DNA from: an uncultured Christensenellaceae bacterium
GTDB lineage: Bacteria; Bacillota; Clostridia; Christensenellales; SZUA-584
Length of the DNA: 40,344 nt
Assembly: GCA_964547655.1 (NCBI GenBank)
Contig: CAZJOS010000001.1
Span: forward strand, 10,886 to 51,229
Reading direction: 5' to 3'
Shown here: positions 8,296-18,256 of the stretch, one piece after another
How the letters are laid out: each line of letters begins with the position of its first letter
How positions within the stretch are numbered: position 1 is the stretch's first letter
The notes under the pieces: generated by a model
The model's input: only the letters and a program-made list of their open reading frames with translations
Told to the model about the DNA's origin: nothing
Databases searched by the model: none
Program-made: the position numbers and the translations under genes

Positions 8296-8942
8296 ATTTT
8301 GAGTTTCAGCCTGTTTATGATTTCCTCGGGGTCGTCCGCGTTAAAAACGGCGCTTCCAGCCGCAACTATGTCTACCCCAGCATCAGCGACCTGCCTTACG
8401 TTGTCCGGTCCTATTCCTCCGTCCATTTCTATAAGCACCGAAGGTTTTTTCTTTAATAAAAGAGACTTAAGGTCGGCTGCTTTCCTAAGGGCTGATGCAA
8501 TAAAGCTTTGCCCGCCGAACCCCGGATTGACGGACATGAGAAGAACCCAGTCCAGGTCGTCAATTATATATTCCAAAACGTCGAGAGGTGTATGCGGATT
8601 GAGAGCAACCCCACATTTTTTCCCCGATTGCCGTATCAGCTGAAGCGTACGATCGAGGTGTACCGTGGCCTCGGGATGTACCGTTATTATATCGGCGCCG
8701 GCGTCAGCGAACTCTTCCACATATCTTTCGGGAGTATCGATCATAAGATGAACGTCAAGCGGCAGCTTTGTGTGTTTTCTGATATCGCGCACCATATACT
8801 GCCCGAAAGTTATATTTGGCACGAATATGCCGTCCATTACGTCGCAATGTATATAATCAGCCCCTGCGTTTTCCAGCATTTTGATTGCTTCGAATATCTT
8901 GCTGAAATCCGCGGAAAGTATTGAAGGAGAAACTTTAATCAT
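8292..8942 (-). CDS. rpe: ribulose-phosphate 3-epimerase
   Basis: The sequence MIKVSPSILSADF..HCDVMDGIFVPNITFG..MSVNPGFGGQ is the canonical Rpe pattern. Confidence 0.95.
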   Translation of the reverse strand: MIKVSPSILSADFSKIFEAIKMLENAGADYIHCDVMDGIFVPNITFGQYMVRDIRKHTKLPLDVHLMIDTPERYVEEFADAGADIITVHPEATVHLDRTLQLIRQSGKKCGVALNPHTPLDVLEYIIDDLDWVLLMSVNPGFGGQSFIASALRKAADLKSLLLKKKPSVLIEMDGGIGPDNVRQVADAGVDIVAAGSAVFNADDPEEIINRLKLKI

Positions 8943-9819
8943 ACTTCTTTGACCTCTTTAATTTTATTTCATTCAGTATTTCAAGGTATCTTTCATACCT
9001 TCCTTTGTTTATCGCCCCTCTATCGACCGCTTTTTTAACGGCACAATCCGGCTCTTCAGCGTGAAGGCATGAAGTAAACCTGCATTTGCCTATAAAAGGA
9101 GCAAAATCTTTATAATAACGGCCGAGTTCTAAAGGCTCGATCTCGGCTGCCTCAAAGTATGTAAACCCGGGAGTATCCACCACACCGCCCCTAAAGCCTT
9201 CGGCAACAAGCAATTCAGCCTGCCTTGTGGTGTGTGTTCCCCTGTCGGCCTTTTTTGAAAGCTCCCCCACTTTTAAGCCAAGGCCCGGGAAAAGGGCGTT
9301 TATTATAGAAGTCTTGCCGGTTGCCGACTGGCCTGAAAAGCACGTATAGCTGCCGTTTAATATCCTTTTTAATTTCGGTATACCCTTGCCGCTTTTCGCC
9401 GAGATGCATAAAGTACTGCATATTTTTTTATACTCATTCTTTATCTCATTGATATGGCGCTTTTCGCCTATGTCGCATTTATTTATTACTAAAAGAGGTT
9501 TTATGCCCGCAAGCTTTATTGACACCAGCAGCCTGTCGCATAATAAAAAATCAGGCCGGGGCCTTTCCGCAGAAACGACTATGACCGCGATATCTATATT
9601 AGTTACCCTCGGGCGGATGAGCTCGTTTTTCCTTTTACGTATTTCCTCGATAAAGCCGCCTTGCGAAAATACGGCCATGTCTCCCGTTAAAGGCGTTATG
9701 CCGTCTTTCCTGAAACGGCCTCTCGCTTTGCATTCGTGGATGTCACCCGCCTTATCCTGTATATAATAGAATCCGCCGATCCCTTTAATTATTCTTCCCT
9801 CAGAAATATGCTCGCTCAC
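8935..9819 (-). CDS. rsgA: ribosome small-subunit-dependent GTPase A
   Basis: The protein has an OB fold, a circularly permuted GTPase (NKCD.. then GQSATGKTS) and a C-terminal Zn-finger with Cys and His residues. The GTG start overlaps the prkC stop (GTGA). Confidence 0.9.
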   Translation of the reverse strand: MSEHISEGRIIKGIGGFYYIQDKAGDIHECKARGRFRKDGITPLTGDMAVFSQGGFIEEIRKRKNELIRPRVTNIDIAVIVVSAERPRPDFLLCDRLLVSIKLAGIKPLLVINKCDIGEKRHINEIKNEYKKICSTLCISAKSGKGIPKLKRILNGSYTCFSGQSATGKTSIINALFPGLGLKVGELSKKADRGTHTTRQAELLVAEGFRGGVVDTPGFTYFEAAEIEPLELGRYYKDFAPFIGKCRFTSCLHAEEPDCAVKKAVDRGAINKGRYERYLEILNEIKLKRSKKYD

Positions 9820-11654
9820 TTAAATTCTACCGTCCAAAATTCCATTTTTATATTGTTGACGTAAACAATAACAATTAAATCGCCCGAAGTTAAGCTGCTC
9901 AATTCTTTATTTAAAACAACTGTTCCGAATTGGTCTGTTGTTTCTTCTGATAAAAAATTAACCGTTATGCCGTTGATTTTATCCTGTACAACTATACCTA
10001 TTTTAGACCCTTTCTCAGTGACATCGATAGATCTGGAAAATTTACATTCATATTTTTTTTCTTTATAGGCGCTTACCGTAAGGTAAATGTTATCCGTAAA
10101 CGCAGTCTGTATTCCCTGTTCAGGGGTTTGCCTGATAACAGTACCGGGTGCAGCTTCGTTGACCTCTTCATATATGAAGCAGTTTTCGAATCCCAAATTG
10201 TTTAAGATACTGACAGATTCGTCGACAGTACTATCTTTTAAATCGGGCATGATAGCGCCCTCTTCGGGGTCTTCAGACGAAACGACAATACTTATGATAG
10301 CGGTCTCATCCAAGGCGTCTCCGGCCTCGGGTGTTTGCGATATCACCAGGCCGGGAGGCGTGCCCGGCTGAAATTCGTAGGTTATGTTATTCTTTTCGAG
10401 TTTGATGTCCATCGCGTTAAGCTGAGCTTTGGCTTCTTCCAGCGTTGCGCCGTAAAGATAGGGCATTACAAGGTCGGCAGGCCCGCTCGATATGGTAAGA
10501 TTGACCACCCCGCCCGAAGCGGCATTGCTGCCCGCTTCCGGCGACTGGGATATCACGGTACCTTCTTTTGCGGATTCGCTGGGCTCGTATACGGTATTGA
10601 CCGTCAGGTCGTGCAGGCTTTTTACAGCCGACTCGATATCCGCTCCTAAGAGGTTTGGAACAACAAACGCAGTATCCGATGAATTGAATAATGATAATAT
10701 AAATATGGCTGCCGCAGACAGTACCGCGACTAAAAGAGCCAGCATTCCCGCCTTCCAATACAGATTCTTCTTTTTTTGCTTATGGGGGTCGATAAAGGGT
10801 TTTTTATTTGCTTCACTGATATCGAGAAATCTCCCTTCAGGGTCGGCCGCGGAACGCGCAAGGTCGGCTTTAAGCTGGTTTACAGATTGATACCTGTCCT
10901 TTTTATTTTTACTTGTAGTTTTCAGTATTATATGGTTAAGCGCCTCCGAAATATTGCCGTTTATTTCCGCCGGTGGCGTTATCTGCTCGTTTATATGTTT
11001 TAACGCGACCGATACCGTTTTGCCGCCTACATGAGGCAATATTCCTGTGACCATCTCATATAAAACGATACCCAGAGAATAGATATCTGACCTGGTATCT
11101 ATCTTTTCCCCTCTCGCCTGTTCGGGAGAGATATAGTGAACGGAGCCTATTACCTTGCCTTCCTGTTCTTCTATCGACGAGATACTTTTGGCTATGCCGA
11201 AATCGGTCAGTTTAACGTTATCTTCGTTATCGATGAGTATATTATGCGGCTTGACGTCTCTATGAATTATTCCCTTTCTGTGCGCTGCTGAAAGAGCGGA
11301 ACAAACCTGTATGGCATATTTTACCGCTTCACTTTCCTCGATGCGGCTCTTTTTCTCAATGAGCGCCTTCAGTGTAGAGCCTTCGATAAATTCCATAACG
11401 ATGTAATAAACGCCGCCGTCGAAACCTACGTCGATAACGCTAACTATATTTTGATGCTCCAGCGCTAAAACAGTTTCCGCTTCCTTCTTAAAACGGCGGA
11501 CGTATTCAGGATTGACAGAAAACTTATCCTTCAATACTTTAACGGCGACTGTTTTATTGGTCCTCAAGCATTCGGCTTTATATATATCGGCCATGCCGCC
11601 GGAATCGATCTTTTCCAGCATCCTGTATCTGTTCCCGATAAGTATGTTAGTCAT
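9816..11654 (-). CDS. prkC: Ser/Thr protein kinase with three PASTA repeats
   Basis: Hanks kinase motifs are present (GGMADIYKA, VAVK, HRDVKPHNIL, DFGIAK). There is one TM segment (AGMLALLVAVLSAAAIFILSLF), then three PASTA-like repeats and an Ig-like tail. Confidence 0.93.
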   Translation of the reverse strand: MTNILIGNRYRMLEKIDSGGMADIYKAECLRTNKTVAVKVLKDKFSVNPEYVRRFKKEAETVLALEHQNIVSVIDVGFDGGVYYIVMEFIEGSTLKALIEKKSRIEESEAVKYAIQVCSALSAAHRKGIIHRDVKPHNILIDNEDNVKLTDFGIAKSISSIEEQEGKVIGSVHYISPEQARGEKIDTRSDIYSLGIVLYEMVTGILPHVGGKTVSVALKHINEQITPPAEINGNISEALNHIILKTTSKNKKDRYQSVNQLKADLARSAADPEGRFLDISEANKKPFIDPHKQKKKNLYWKAGMLALLVAVLSAAAIFILSLFNSSDTAFVVPNLLGADIESAVKSLHDLTVNTVYEPSESAKEGTVISQSPEAGSNAASGGVVNLTISSGPADLVMPYLYGATLEEAKAQLNAMDIKLEKNNITYEFQPGTPPGLVISQTPEAGDALDETAIISIVVSSEDPEEGAIMPDLKDSTVDESVSILNNLGFENCFIYEEVNEAAPGTVIRQTPEQGIQTAFTDNIYLTVSAYKEKKYECKFSRSIDVTEKGSKIGIVVQDKINGITVNFLSEETTDQFGTVVLNKELSSLTSGDLIVIVYVNNIKMEFWTVEFK

Positions 11655-12376
11655 ACGCCGTCACCGTCCATATACGCAAGAACAACGCTTATATTATCGG
11701 AGCCGCCGTGATTGAGCGCCGCCTCTATAAGCGAATCCGCGGCATTTTCAACTCCGCGGCCGAGTATTTCCTCTATCTCTTTATCGGGTACGGCAATGTT
11801 GAGGCCGTCGCTGCACAGCAGGAGCGTATCGCCGCGCTTTAGATTTAAAGTATAGATATCGACGTCAACGTTTTCGTCGATGCCGACAGCCCGGGTGATT
11901 ATATTTTTAGACGGATGGCCCGCGGCTTCTTTTTCAGTTATCAGCCCGCTGTCCACCAGCATCTGCACATATGAGTGGTCTTTGGTTATCTGCGACAAAA
12001 CGCCGTCACTGAAAAGATAGCACCTGGAATCTCCCACGTGGCCAATTATAGCGGTGGAACCCTTAAACACCGCTGCCGTTGCAGTAGAACCCATACCTTC
12101 TTTTTGCCGGTCGGCGTACGATTCGCTCCAAACGTTTTTATTTGCAAGTATCAAAGTATCTGTTAAGACTTCTTCGGTTATATCATCGGGCGATCTGCTT
12201 TTAAGGGAATCTATTATTGTATCTACAACGAGCCTGCTGGCTACTTCTCCGGAATTATGGCCGCCCATACCGTCGGCGACAACGGCAAAATAACCCCCGT
12301 TTCCCTGGGGAGCGAAGATGAAATCTTCGTTGTTATCTCTTCTTTTGCCTTTATCGGTCTTCGAATAAAATATCAT
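11651..12376 (-). CDS. prpC: PP2C-family Ser/Thr phosphatase
   Basis: The motifs RDNNED, ADGMGGH and GGSDNISVV are present. I prefer ATG 12376 (MIFYSKTDKG..), which overlaps the rlmN stop as ATGA, over the ORF-track extension to 12409. Confidence 0.9.
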   Translation of the reverse strand: MIFYSKTDKGKRRDNNEDFIFAPQGNGGYFAVVADGMGGHNSGEVASRLVVDTIIDSLKSRSPDDITEEVLTDTLILANKNVWSESYADRQKEGMGSTATAAVFKGSTAIIGHVGDSRCYLFSDGVLSQITKDHSYVQMLVDSGLITEKEAAGHPSKNIITRAVGIDENVDVDIYTLNLKRGDTLLLCSDGLNIAVPDKEIEEILGRGVENAADSLIEAALNHGGSDNISVVLAYMDGDGV

Positions 12377-13377
12377 TTTCCCTCTCGCCGAAGGCGCAGC
12401 TGGCCGCACGCGCCCTCTATATCCCCGCCCAGGGATCGGCGGACAGTAACACTTTTCCCGGATTGCTCAAGTTTTGACGCAAAGGTTTTGGCTTTTCCAA
12501 TGTCCGGCGGATAATACCCGCATGCCGCGCTGTTAAGCGGTATTACGTTGATGTGGCAATTGAGCCCTTTTAAGCTTTCAAGCAGCGCTTTTATATCTTC
12601 TTCGCCGTCGTTAAAACCTTTGATAAGCGTATATTCTATTATAATTCTTCTGCCCGTTTTTTTAAAGTAGTTATTTGCCGCATCCAGTATCTGCTTTACC
12701 GAAAATAATGAAGCTCCCGGCATTATCTTCCGCCGTTTTTCATCTATCGAGGAATGCAGAGATATACAGAGTGTTATTTGCAGGTTTTCTTGCGCAAGCC
12801 TTTGTATACCGGGGACGATACCGCATGTTGACAGCGATATATGCCGCATCCCGATTCCATGCTTTTCGCCAAGCGCTTTTATAAACAAGAGCACGTTTTC
12901 ATAATTGTCGAGTGGCTCCCCCGTTCCCATCAACACAACGTTCGATATCTCGCCGCTCTCGCCCGCCGCTATGAATTGAGACCTCATTTCTCCCGAAGAA
13001 AGGTTTCTTATCAGCCCCTCTTTCCCCGAGGCGCAAAAGGCGCACCCCATACCGCACCCAAGCTGAGTGCTTACGCAGAGCGTGTTTCCGTGATGATAAC
13101 GCATCAATACACACTCCACAAAACCACCGCCCGAAACGGACATGAGGTATTTGACTGTCCCGTCCGAAGAAGTATGCTTCTCGGCTATCATCGCATACCC
13201 TTCGTTATGGCCGGAGCGCAGTTTTTCACGCAAAGCCTTCGGCAGATTGCTCATATCCTCGAAAACTGCGCCGCGACACAGCCAGTATTCGAGCTGCTGC
13301 GCGTTATACGGCTTCCCGCCCGAACCGGCGATAACGCTTTCGAGTTCTTCGACGTTTAAAGAAAGCAGGTCGTTCAT
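12373..13377 (-). CDS. rlmN: 23S rRNA/tRNA (adenine-C2)-methyltransferase, radical SAM
   Basis: The radical SAM cluster motif CGMGCAFC and the C-terminal catalytic Cys (ACGQL) are present. I prefer ATG 13377 (MNDLLSLNVEELES), which overlaps the rsmB stop as ATGA. Confidence 0.92.
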   Translation of the reverse strand: MNDLLSLNVEELESVIAGSGGKPYNAQQLEYWLCRGAVFEDMSNLPKALREKLRSGHNEGYAMIAEKHTSSDGTVKYLMSVSGGGFVECVLMRYHHGNTLCVSTQLGCGMGCAFCASGKEGLIRNLSSGEMRSQFIAAGESGEISNVVLMGTGEPLDNYENVLLFIKALGEKHGIGMRHISLSTCGIVPGIQRLAQENLQITLCISLHSSIDEKRRKIMPGASLFSVKQILDAANNYFKKTGRRIIIEYTLIKGFNDGEEDIKALLESLKGLNCHINVIPLNSAACGYYPPDIGKAKTFASKLEQSGKSVTVRRSLGGDIEGACGQLRLRREGK

Positions 13378-14645
13378 GGTTTCCTCTTCATCACGGCTAT
13401 AAAAAACCCATCGGACCCGCAAATGTGCGGATACAGCGTTTCAGGCTCATTCGCATACTCGAAATCAGTGTTTTCAGAAAGGAACCGCCCGGTCACCTGC
13501 TCGTTTTCCTCTTTGTTTATAGAGCATGTATAATAAGCGAGAATGCCTTTAGGCTTAGTATAATTTGAGCATACCCGGATGATATCATGTTGTATATTCG
13601 ACAGGTCTTCTATATCTTTCGGCATCCGCGAATACCTTATGTCCGGGCTTTTCGGCATAAGCCCCATTGCGCTGCAGGGGGCGTCTATAATAACAGCGTC
13701 AAACGCTTTTTCGAGAGAAGGCTCAAATATTTTAGCGTCATGAACATAGCATCTATAATGCTCAACGGCCAAACGTTCGTAATTTTTCTTTGTCATTTCC
13801 ACACGGTGCTCGTGAACGTCCCACGCGGTTATATCGATAGTATTGTGCGCAAGTGCAGCGGCATACGCGCTTTTGCCTCCGGGCGCCGCGCAGCAGTCAA
13901 GCACCTTCATTCCTTTCTCTATACCGGTCTTAAGAACGGCTTTCATCGCGCTCTCCGACTGCACTGCTATCATTCCTTTTTTATATATCCCGATATTCTC
14001 GATGTCCGATAAACCTTTAACGGTATACGAATTTTCTATATTTCCCTGCGAATAATCGAGCCCAAGCCTGTCCGCTTCCTCTAAAAAAGCGTCCTTATCT
14101 GCTTTCAGCGTATTTACGCGTACTGAAGTGCCTTCAGAATTCTTATATGACAGCAGGTTTTCCGTAAAATCGCACCCGAAGTCATTTATGTATTTTTCAC
14201 ATATCCAAAGAGGATAGCTTGTCCTTATACTCAAGTCATCAGCGTTTTTTCCGGAAGGGTATTCTATGCCGTCTTTTCCGCGTATAAGCGAACGAAGCAC
14301 GCCGTTGACGAAACCCGACGTCTGCGGCTTTATCTGCTTTACGAGGTCAACGCTTTCGCTGACCGCAGCATAGTTTTCAGTATCCATGAATATTATCTGG
14401 CACGCGCCGAGGCGAAGAACGTTTTTAACGCTTCCGTGCACCCGGCCGGAATCGATAAATTGCTTTAATATATGATCTATAAGCAGAAGGTTTTCAAGCG
14501 TGGTCCTCACCAGCAGCGAAGCGAACGCCTTATCTTCCGGGCTGAGCGCGGCGGCGATATGCTCCTTAAGCGCCAAAGATGTGTATGCGCCGTTTTTTGT
14601 TACTGCCGTAAGCGCGTCGTAAGCGGCCCTTCGCGCGGAGATCAC
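13374..14645 (-). CDS. rsmB: 16S rRNA (cytosine-C5)-methyltransferase
   Basis: The N-terminus is NusB-like. The SAM methyltransferase motifs DCCAAPGGKS and DAPCSAMG are present. The GTG start overlaps the fmt stop. Confidence 0.9.
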   Translation of the reverse strand: MISARRAAYDALTAVTKNGAYTSLALKEHIAAALSPEDKAFASLLVRTTLENLLLIDHILKQFIDSGRVHGSVKNVLRLGACQIIFMDTENYAAVSESVDLVKQIKPQTSGFVNGVLRSLIRGKDGIEYPSGKNADDLSIRTSYPLWICEKYINDFGCDFTENLLSYKNSEGTSVRVNTLKADKDAFLEEADRLGLDYSQGNIENSYTVKGLSDIENIGIYKKGMIAVQSESAMKAVLKTGIEKGMKVLDCCAAPGGKSAYAAALAHNTIDITAWDVHEHRVEMTKKNYERLAVEHYRCYVHDAKIFEPSLEKAFDAVIIDAPCSAMGLMPKSPDIRYSRMPKDIEDLSNIQHDIIRVCSNYTKPKGILAYYTCSINKEENEQVTGRFLSENTDFEYANEPETLYPHICGSDGFFIAVMKRKP

Positions 14646-15565
14646 TCGAAGCGCTCCGCCTGCAGTTTTCTGCCCCTGAAAAATTCCTCCGGGCTCATCT
14701 TTTTAGTGCCCGGCGCCTGCATCAGCTTTACTTTCAGCAATCCTTTGCCCGTACCGACTGCGAGCCCGTTCTTAGCGTCCGCGTATACGAAACTGCCCGG
14801 TTCTGCAGTTCCGTCCGCAGCCTCGGCGCTCCAAATCTTGATTATATCCTCCCCTGCATGGGTATACGTTCCCATTATCGGGTCGAGCGCGCGTACAAGG
14901 TTATGTATCTCTTCAGCCGGTTTGCTCCAGTCTATCCTGCCAGTATCCTTTGAAAGTGGCGGATAATAGCTTGATTCGCTTTCCTGCTGCTTTATACGGG
15001 CGGCTGTGCCGTTCTCTATCTCTTTTAAGGTTTCTATGAGCAGATCCGCTCCAAGGCCGGATAGCTGCTCATACAGTTCTCCGCCTGTCATCTCATCGCT
15101 TATCGGGACGGAAGACGAGGAAATGATATCCCCGGTATCGAGCCCTATGTCCATATACATTATAGTAATGCCGGTTTCCTTTTCGCCGTTGATTATAGCC
15201 CATTGTATAGGCGCTGCTCCCCTGTATTTTGGCAGAAGCGACGCGTGTACGTTGACGCACCCTAAACGAGGTATATCGAGTATCGATTTGGGAATTATCT
15301 GCCCGAAAGCAGCGGTAACAATAAGATCGGGGCTTATGGACTTAATAGCGTCCGTTCCTTCCTGCGCCCTTATCTTTTCAAACTGTAAAACCGGGATATC
15401 ATGCTCCCGGGCAACGAGCTTAACAGGCGAGGCTGTAATATTATAGCCCCTGCCGCTCTTCCTGTCGGGCTGGGTTACGACCGCGGCAATATCATGACCC
15501 GCTTTTATAAGTTTTTGAAGGCTGGGCACGGCGAACTGCGGCGTGCCCATGAACACTATCTTCAT
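14642..15565 (-). CDS. fmt: methionyl-tRNA formyltransferase
   Basis: The sequence MKIVFMGTPQFAVPSL.. and HASLLPKYRGAAPIQWAI are typical Fmt. ATG 15565 has a GAGGAAG SD. The ORF-track start at 15577 is TTG. Confidence 0.93.
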   Translation of the reverse strand: MKIVFMGTPQFAVPSLQKLIKAGHDIAAVVTQPDRKSGRGYNITASPVKLVAREHDIPVLQFEKIRAQEGTDAIKSISPDLIVTAAFGQIIPKSILDIPRLGCVNVHASLLPKYRGAAPIQWAIINGEKETGITIMYMDIGLDTGDIISSSSVPISDEMTGGELYEQLSGLGADLLIETLKEIENGTAARIKQQESESSYYPPLSKDTGRIDWSKPAEEIHNLVRALDPIMGTYTHAGEDIIKIWSAEAADGTAEPGSFVYADAKNGLAVGTGKGLLKVKLMQAPGTKKMSPEEFFRGRKLQAERFE

Positions 15566-16013
15566 CGACTTCCTCAATCATTTTATCCACGAAAAGTATG
15601 CCGTCTAGATGGTCGATCTCGTGGCAGCATATGCGTGCGGGCATGCCCGTTATTTCATCCCTGTGCCGTTTGCCGTTGCGGTCGACATACTGAATGGTTA
15701 TAATTTCGGGCCTCTTTACGTCTCCTCTTATTCCCGGCACCGAGAGGCATCCTTCGTCTTCAACGGTTTCTCCCGAAGATTTTAATATTACAGGGTTAAT
15801 AAGCTCATAATACTGGTCTTCATATTCCACTACAGCTATGCGGCGAAGCACGCCTACCTGAGGCGCCGCCAGCCCTGCGCCCTCTTCTATGTGAAGTGTC
15901 TCTTTCATATCGTCTAAGAGAGTTGTTATATGCTTTGTTATCGACATTACCGGCTTTGAGATCCTGCGCAATGCTTCGTTGTTGGTTCCTGTAATGATCT
16001 CTCTGATTGCCAT
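15492..16013 (-). CDS. def: peptide deformylase (with an unusual ~25-aa C-terminal tail overlapping fmt)
   Basis: The motifs GLAAPQVG, EGCLSVPG and HEIDHLDG are present. The frame stays open 74 nt past the fmt ATG. Confidence 0.9.
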   Translation of the reverse strand: MAIREIITGTNNEALRRISKPVMSITKHITTLLDDMKETLHIEEGAGLAAPQVGVLRRIAVVEYEDQYYELINPVILKSSGETVEDEGCLSVPGIRGDVKRPEIITIQYVDRNGKRHRDEITGMPARICCHEIDHLDGILFVDKMIEEVDEDSVHGHAAVRRAQPSKTYKSGS

Positions 16014-16027
16014 TGATTTTTCTCCTC

Positions 16028-18253
16028 TTATATCATACTCTGCGGGTTTATCTCCATACCGAACGCACAGTCTTTGTAAACCTTTCCGTCCGAGTATTCA
16101 TACAATCGTTTTCGGAACTCAGACAGTTTATCATCGTTCAATACCTTTATCAATACCTGCCACCTTGTTTTGCCCTGAATTTTCTTTACGGGCGCTTCAC
16201 TTATGTCAAAAAGCAGCACATGTTCCATTATATCAGCATATGCGTCCTTTAAACCCTTCGCGTATTCGATACAAGCATTTTTTGCAGCATCCTCATACTT
16301 CCCGGCGAATACGACCCTGAAGAAAAACGAGTAAGGCGGAAGCAGCGCTTTTCTTCTTACGGCCATCTCTTCGTCGAAAAAACCTTTGTAGTTATGCGTA
16401 TTTGCATATTCGACGGCATAGTGATCCGGGCAATATGTTTGGACTATTACTTTACCGGGGTTTTTGCGCCCCGCCCTTCCCGCTACCTGCTCTAAAAGCG
16501 CAAACGTCTTTTCCGGGCTTCGGTAATCGGGTATATGAAGAGAGCTGTCGGCCGATATTACCCCGACGAGCGATACGTTTTCAAAGTCGAGCCCTTTGGC
16601 AATCATTTGAGTGCCTATAAGTATATCGGCTCTGCGCTCTTTGAACAGCTCGTATATCTTGAGATGAGAATCTTTGCTCCTGGTGGTATCGAGATCCATG
16701 CGCAGCACGCGAGCGTCAGGGAAAAGTTTTTTTACCTGATCCTCAACCTGCTGAGTTCCAATACCGAACTGCTTTAAATATTTTCTACCGCAGGAAGGGC
16801 AGGTATCCCTAAGGCTCCTCCTCCTGCCGCAGTAATGGCACACAAGCGCTCCTAAGGTGGAATGATAAGTCATGGATACCTCGCACCTGTCGCAGTACTC
16901 GACGTAGCCGCAGCCCCTGCACATAACGAACGTGGAATACCCTCTCCTGTTTAAAAACAGCATTATTTGCTTTCCCGCTGCGAGGGCAGTTTTCATTTCG
17001 CCATAAAGCCGGCCCGAAAGAACCGTCCTGTTGCCTTTCACTATTTCCTCGCGCATGTCTACTGTTATCATTTCGGGAAGTTTAAGCCCGAAAAGCCTGC
17101 TGGGCATTTCCACGAGACTGTATATACCGTTTCTGGCTTTTATATAGCTCTCTACCGACGGCGTGGCCGACGCGAGAAGCAGCGACGAGCCTTCTATGTT
17201 AGCGCGCATCCTCGCTATTTCGTGAGCAGTGAACTTGGGGTGCGTATCGGAGCGGTAACTTGTTTCATGCTCCTCGTCGATTATTATAATGCCTATATTG
17301 CGCAGCGGCGCGAATACGGCTGACCTTGCCCCGATGACTACCCTCGATTCGCCGAGCACCATGCGTTTCCACTCGTCGTACCTCTCGCCGGCTGAAAGCG
17401 TGGAATGGTATACCGCTATGTGCTCGCCTATTCGCCTCTCAAACATCGCAACAAGCTGCGGCGTAAGCGATATCTCCGGTACGAGCACTATAGCGCTCTC
17501 ACCACGCTTAAGGCAGTCTTTAACCAGCTTTATATACACTTCCGTTTTTCCGCTGCCCGTGACCCCGTGCAGCAGGTATTTGCCTTTTTCAGAGGATATC
17601 CTATCATAGGCATTAAGCTGTTCGGGGCTGAGTTCAAATTCCCTTTCTATCTCATGCGCCTTTGCGGGGTTTCTGAATGCTTTTATCTGCTCGGAAACAA
17701 GGAAGCCTTTCTTTACAAGAGCGTCTCTTGCAGACGCGCTGCCCGGCAGTATCGCTTCAAGTTCTTTTATATTCAGCCGCCTGCGCTCACGCATCAGCCG
17801 AAGCACTTCAAGCTGCTTTGGAGCCTTAACTCTGCCTGTGCCTGATGAAAATGAGGCTGTCGCCTTTTCATATTCTTCGCCGGAAAGTGAAAAAATCAGT
17901 TCACGTTCGAATTTATCTTTAACGCCGCCCCCGCGCATCTCCGCGGGGAACATCAGCCTCAAACACGCCGAAAGCGTGGTGTGATAATAGCGCTGCATCA
18001 TTTCGGCGAGCTTTATCTGCCCGGCAGTCAGCGCCGGGAAATCGGAAATGACAGACGATATGGGCTTAATAACACCTTTATACTCGCATTGCTCCGACAG
18101 GCCTAAGACATACCCCTCGAGCAGCGCGTTGCCTTTACCGAAAGGGACTTTTACACGGTATCCCGCGTCGAGCTTCATTCCGACCGGAACGCTGTATTCA
18201 AAAAGCCTGTCTACATTGGAATGAACTATATCGACGATGACCCGGGCAAACAT
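16028..18253 (-). CDS. priA: primosomal protein N' (replication restart helicase)
   Basis: The protein has Walker A GVTGSGKTEVY, the DEEH box, and a Cys-rich zinc insertion (CRGCG..CDRC..CHYCG..CPSCG). Confidence 0.95.
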   Translation of the reverse strand: MFARVIVDIVHSNVDRLFEYSVPVGMKLDAGYRVKVPFGKGNALLEGYVLGLSEQCEYKGVIKPISSVISDFPALTAGQIKLAEMMQRYYHTTLSACLRLMFPAEMRGGGVKDKFERELIFSLSGEEYEKATASFSSGTGRVKAPKQLEVLRLMRERRRLNIKELEAILPGSASARDALVKKGFLVSEQIKAFRNPAKAHEIEREFELSPEQLNAYDRISSEKGKYLLHGVTGSGKTEVYIKLVKDCLKRGESAIVLVPEISLTPQLVAMFERRIGEHIAVYHSTLSAGERYDEWKRMVLGESRVVIGARSAVFAPLRNIGIIIIDEEHETSYRSDTHPKFTAHEIARMRANIEGSSLLLASATPSVESYIKARNGIYSLVEMPSRLFGLKLPEMITVDMREEIVKGNRTVLSGRLYGEMKTALAAGKQIMLFLNRRGYSTFVMCRGCGYVEYCDRCEVSMTYHSTLGALVCHYCGRRRSLRDTCPSCGRKYLKQFGIGTQQVEDQVKKLFPDARVLRMDLDTTRSKDSHLKIYELFKERRADILIGTQMIAKGLDFENVSLVGVISADSSLHIPDYRSPEKTFALLEQVAGRAGRKNPGKVIVQTYCPDHYAVEYANTHNYKGFFDEEMAVRRKALLPPYSFFFRVVFAGKYEDAAKNACIEYAKGLKDAYADIMEHVLLFDISEAPVKKIQGKTRWQVLIKVLNDDKLSEFRKRLYEYSDGKVYKDCAFGMEINPQSMI

Positions 18254-18256
18254 GGC

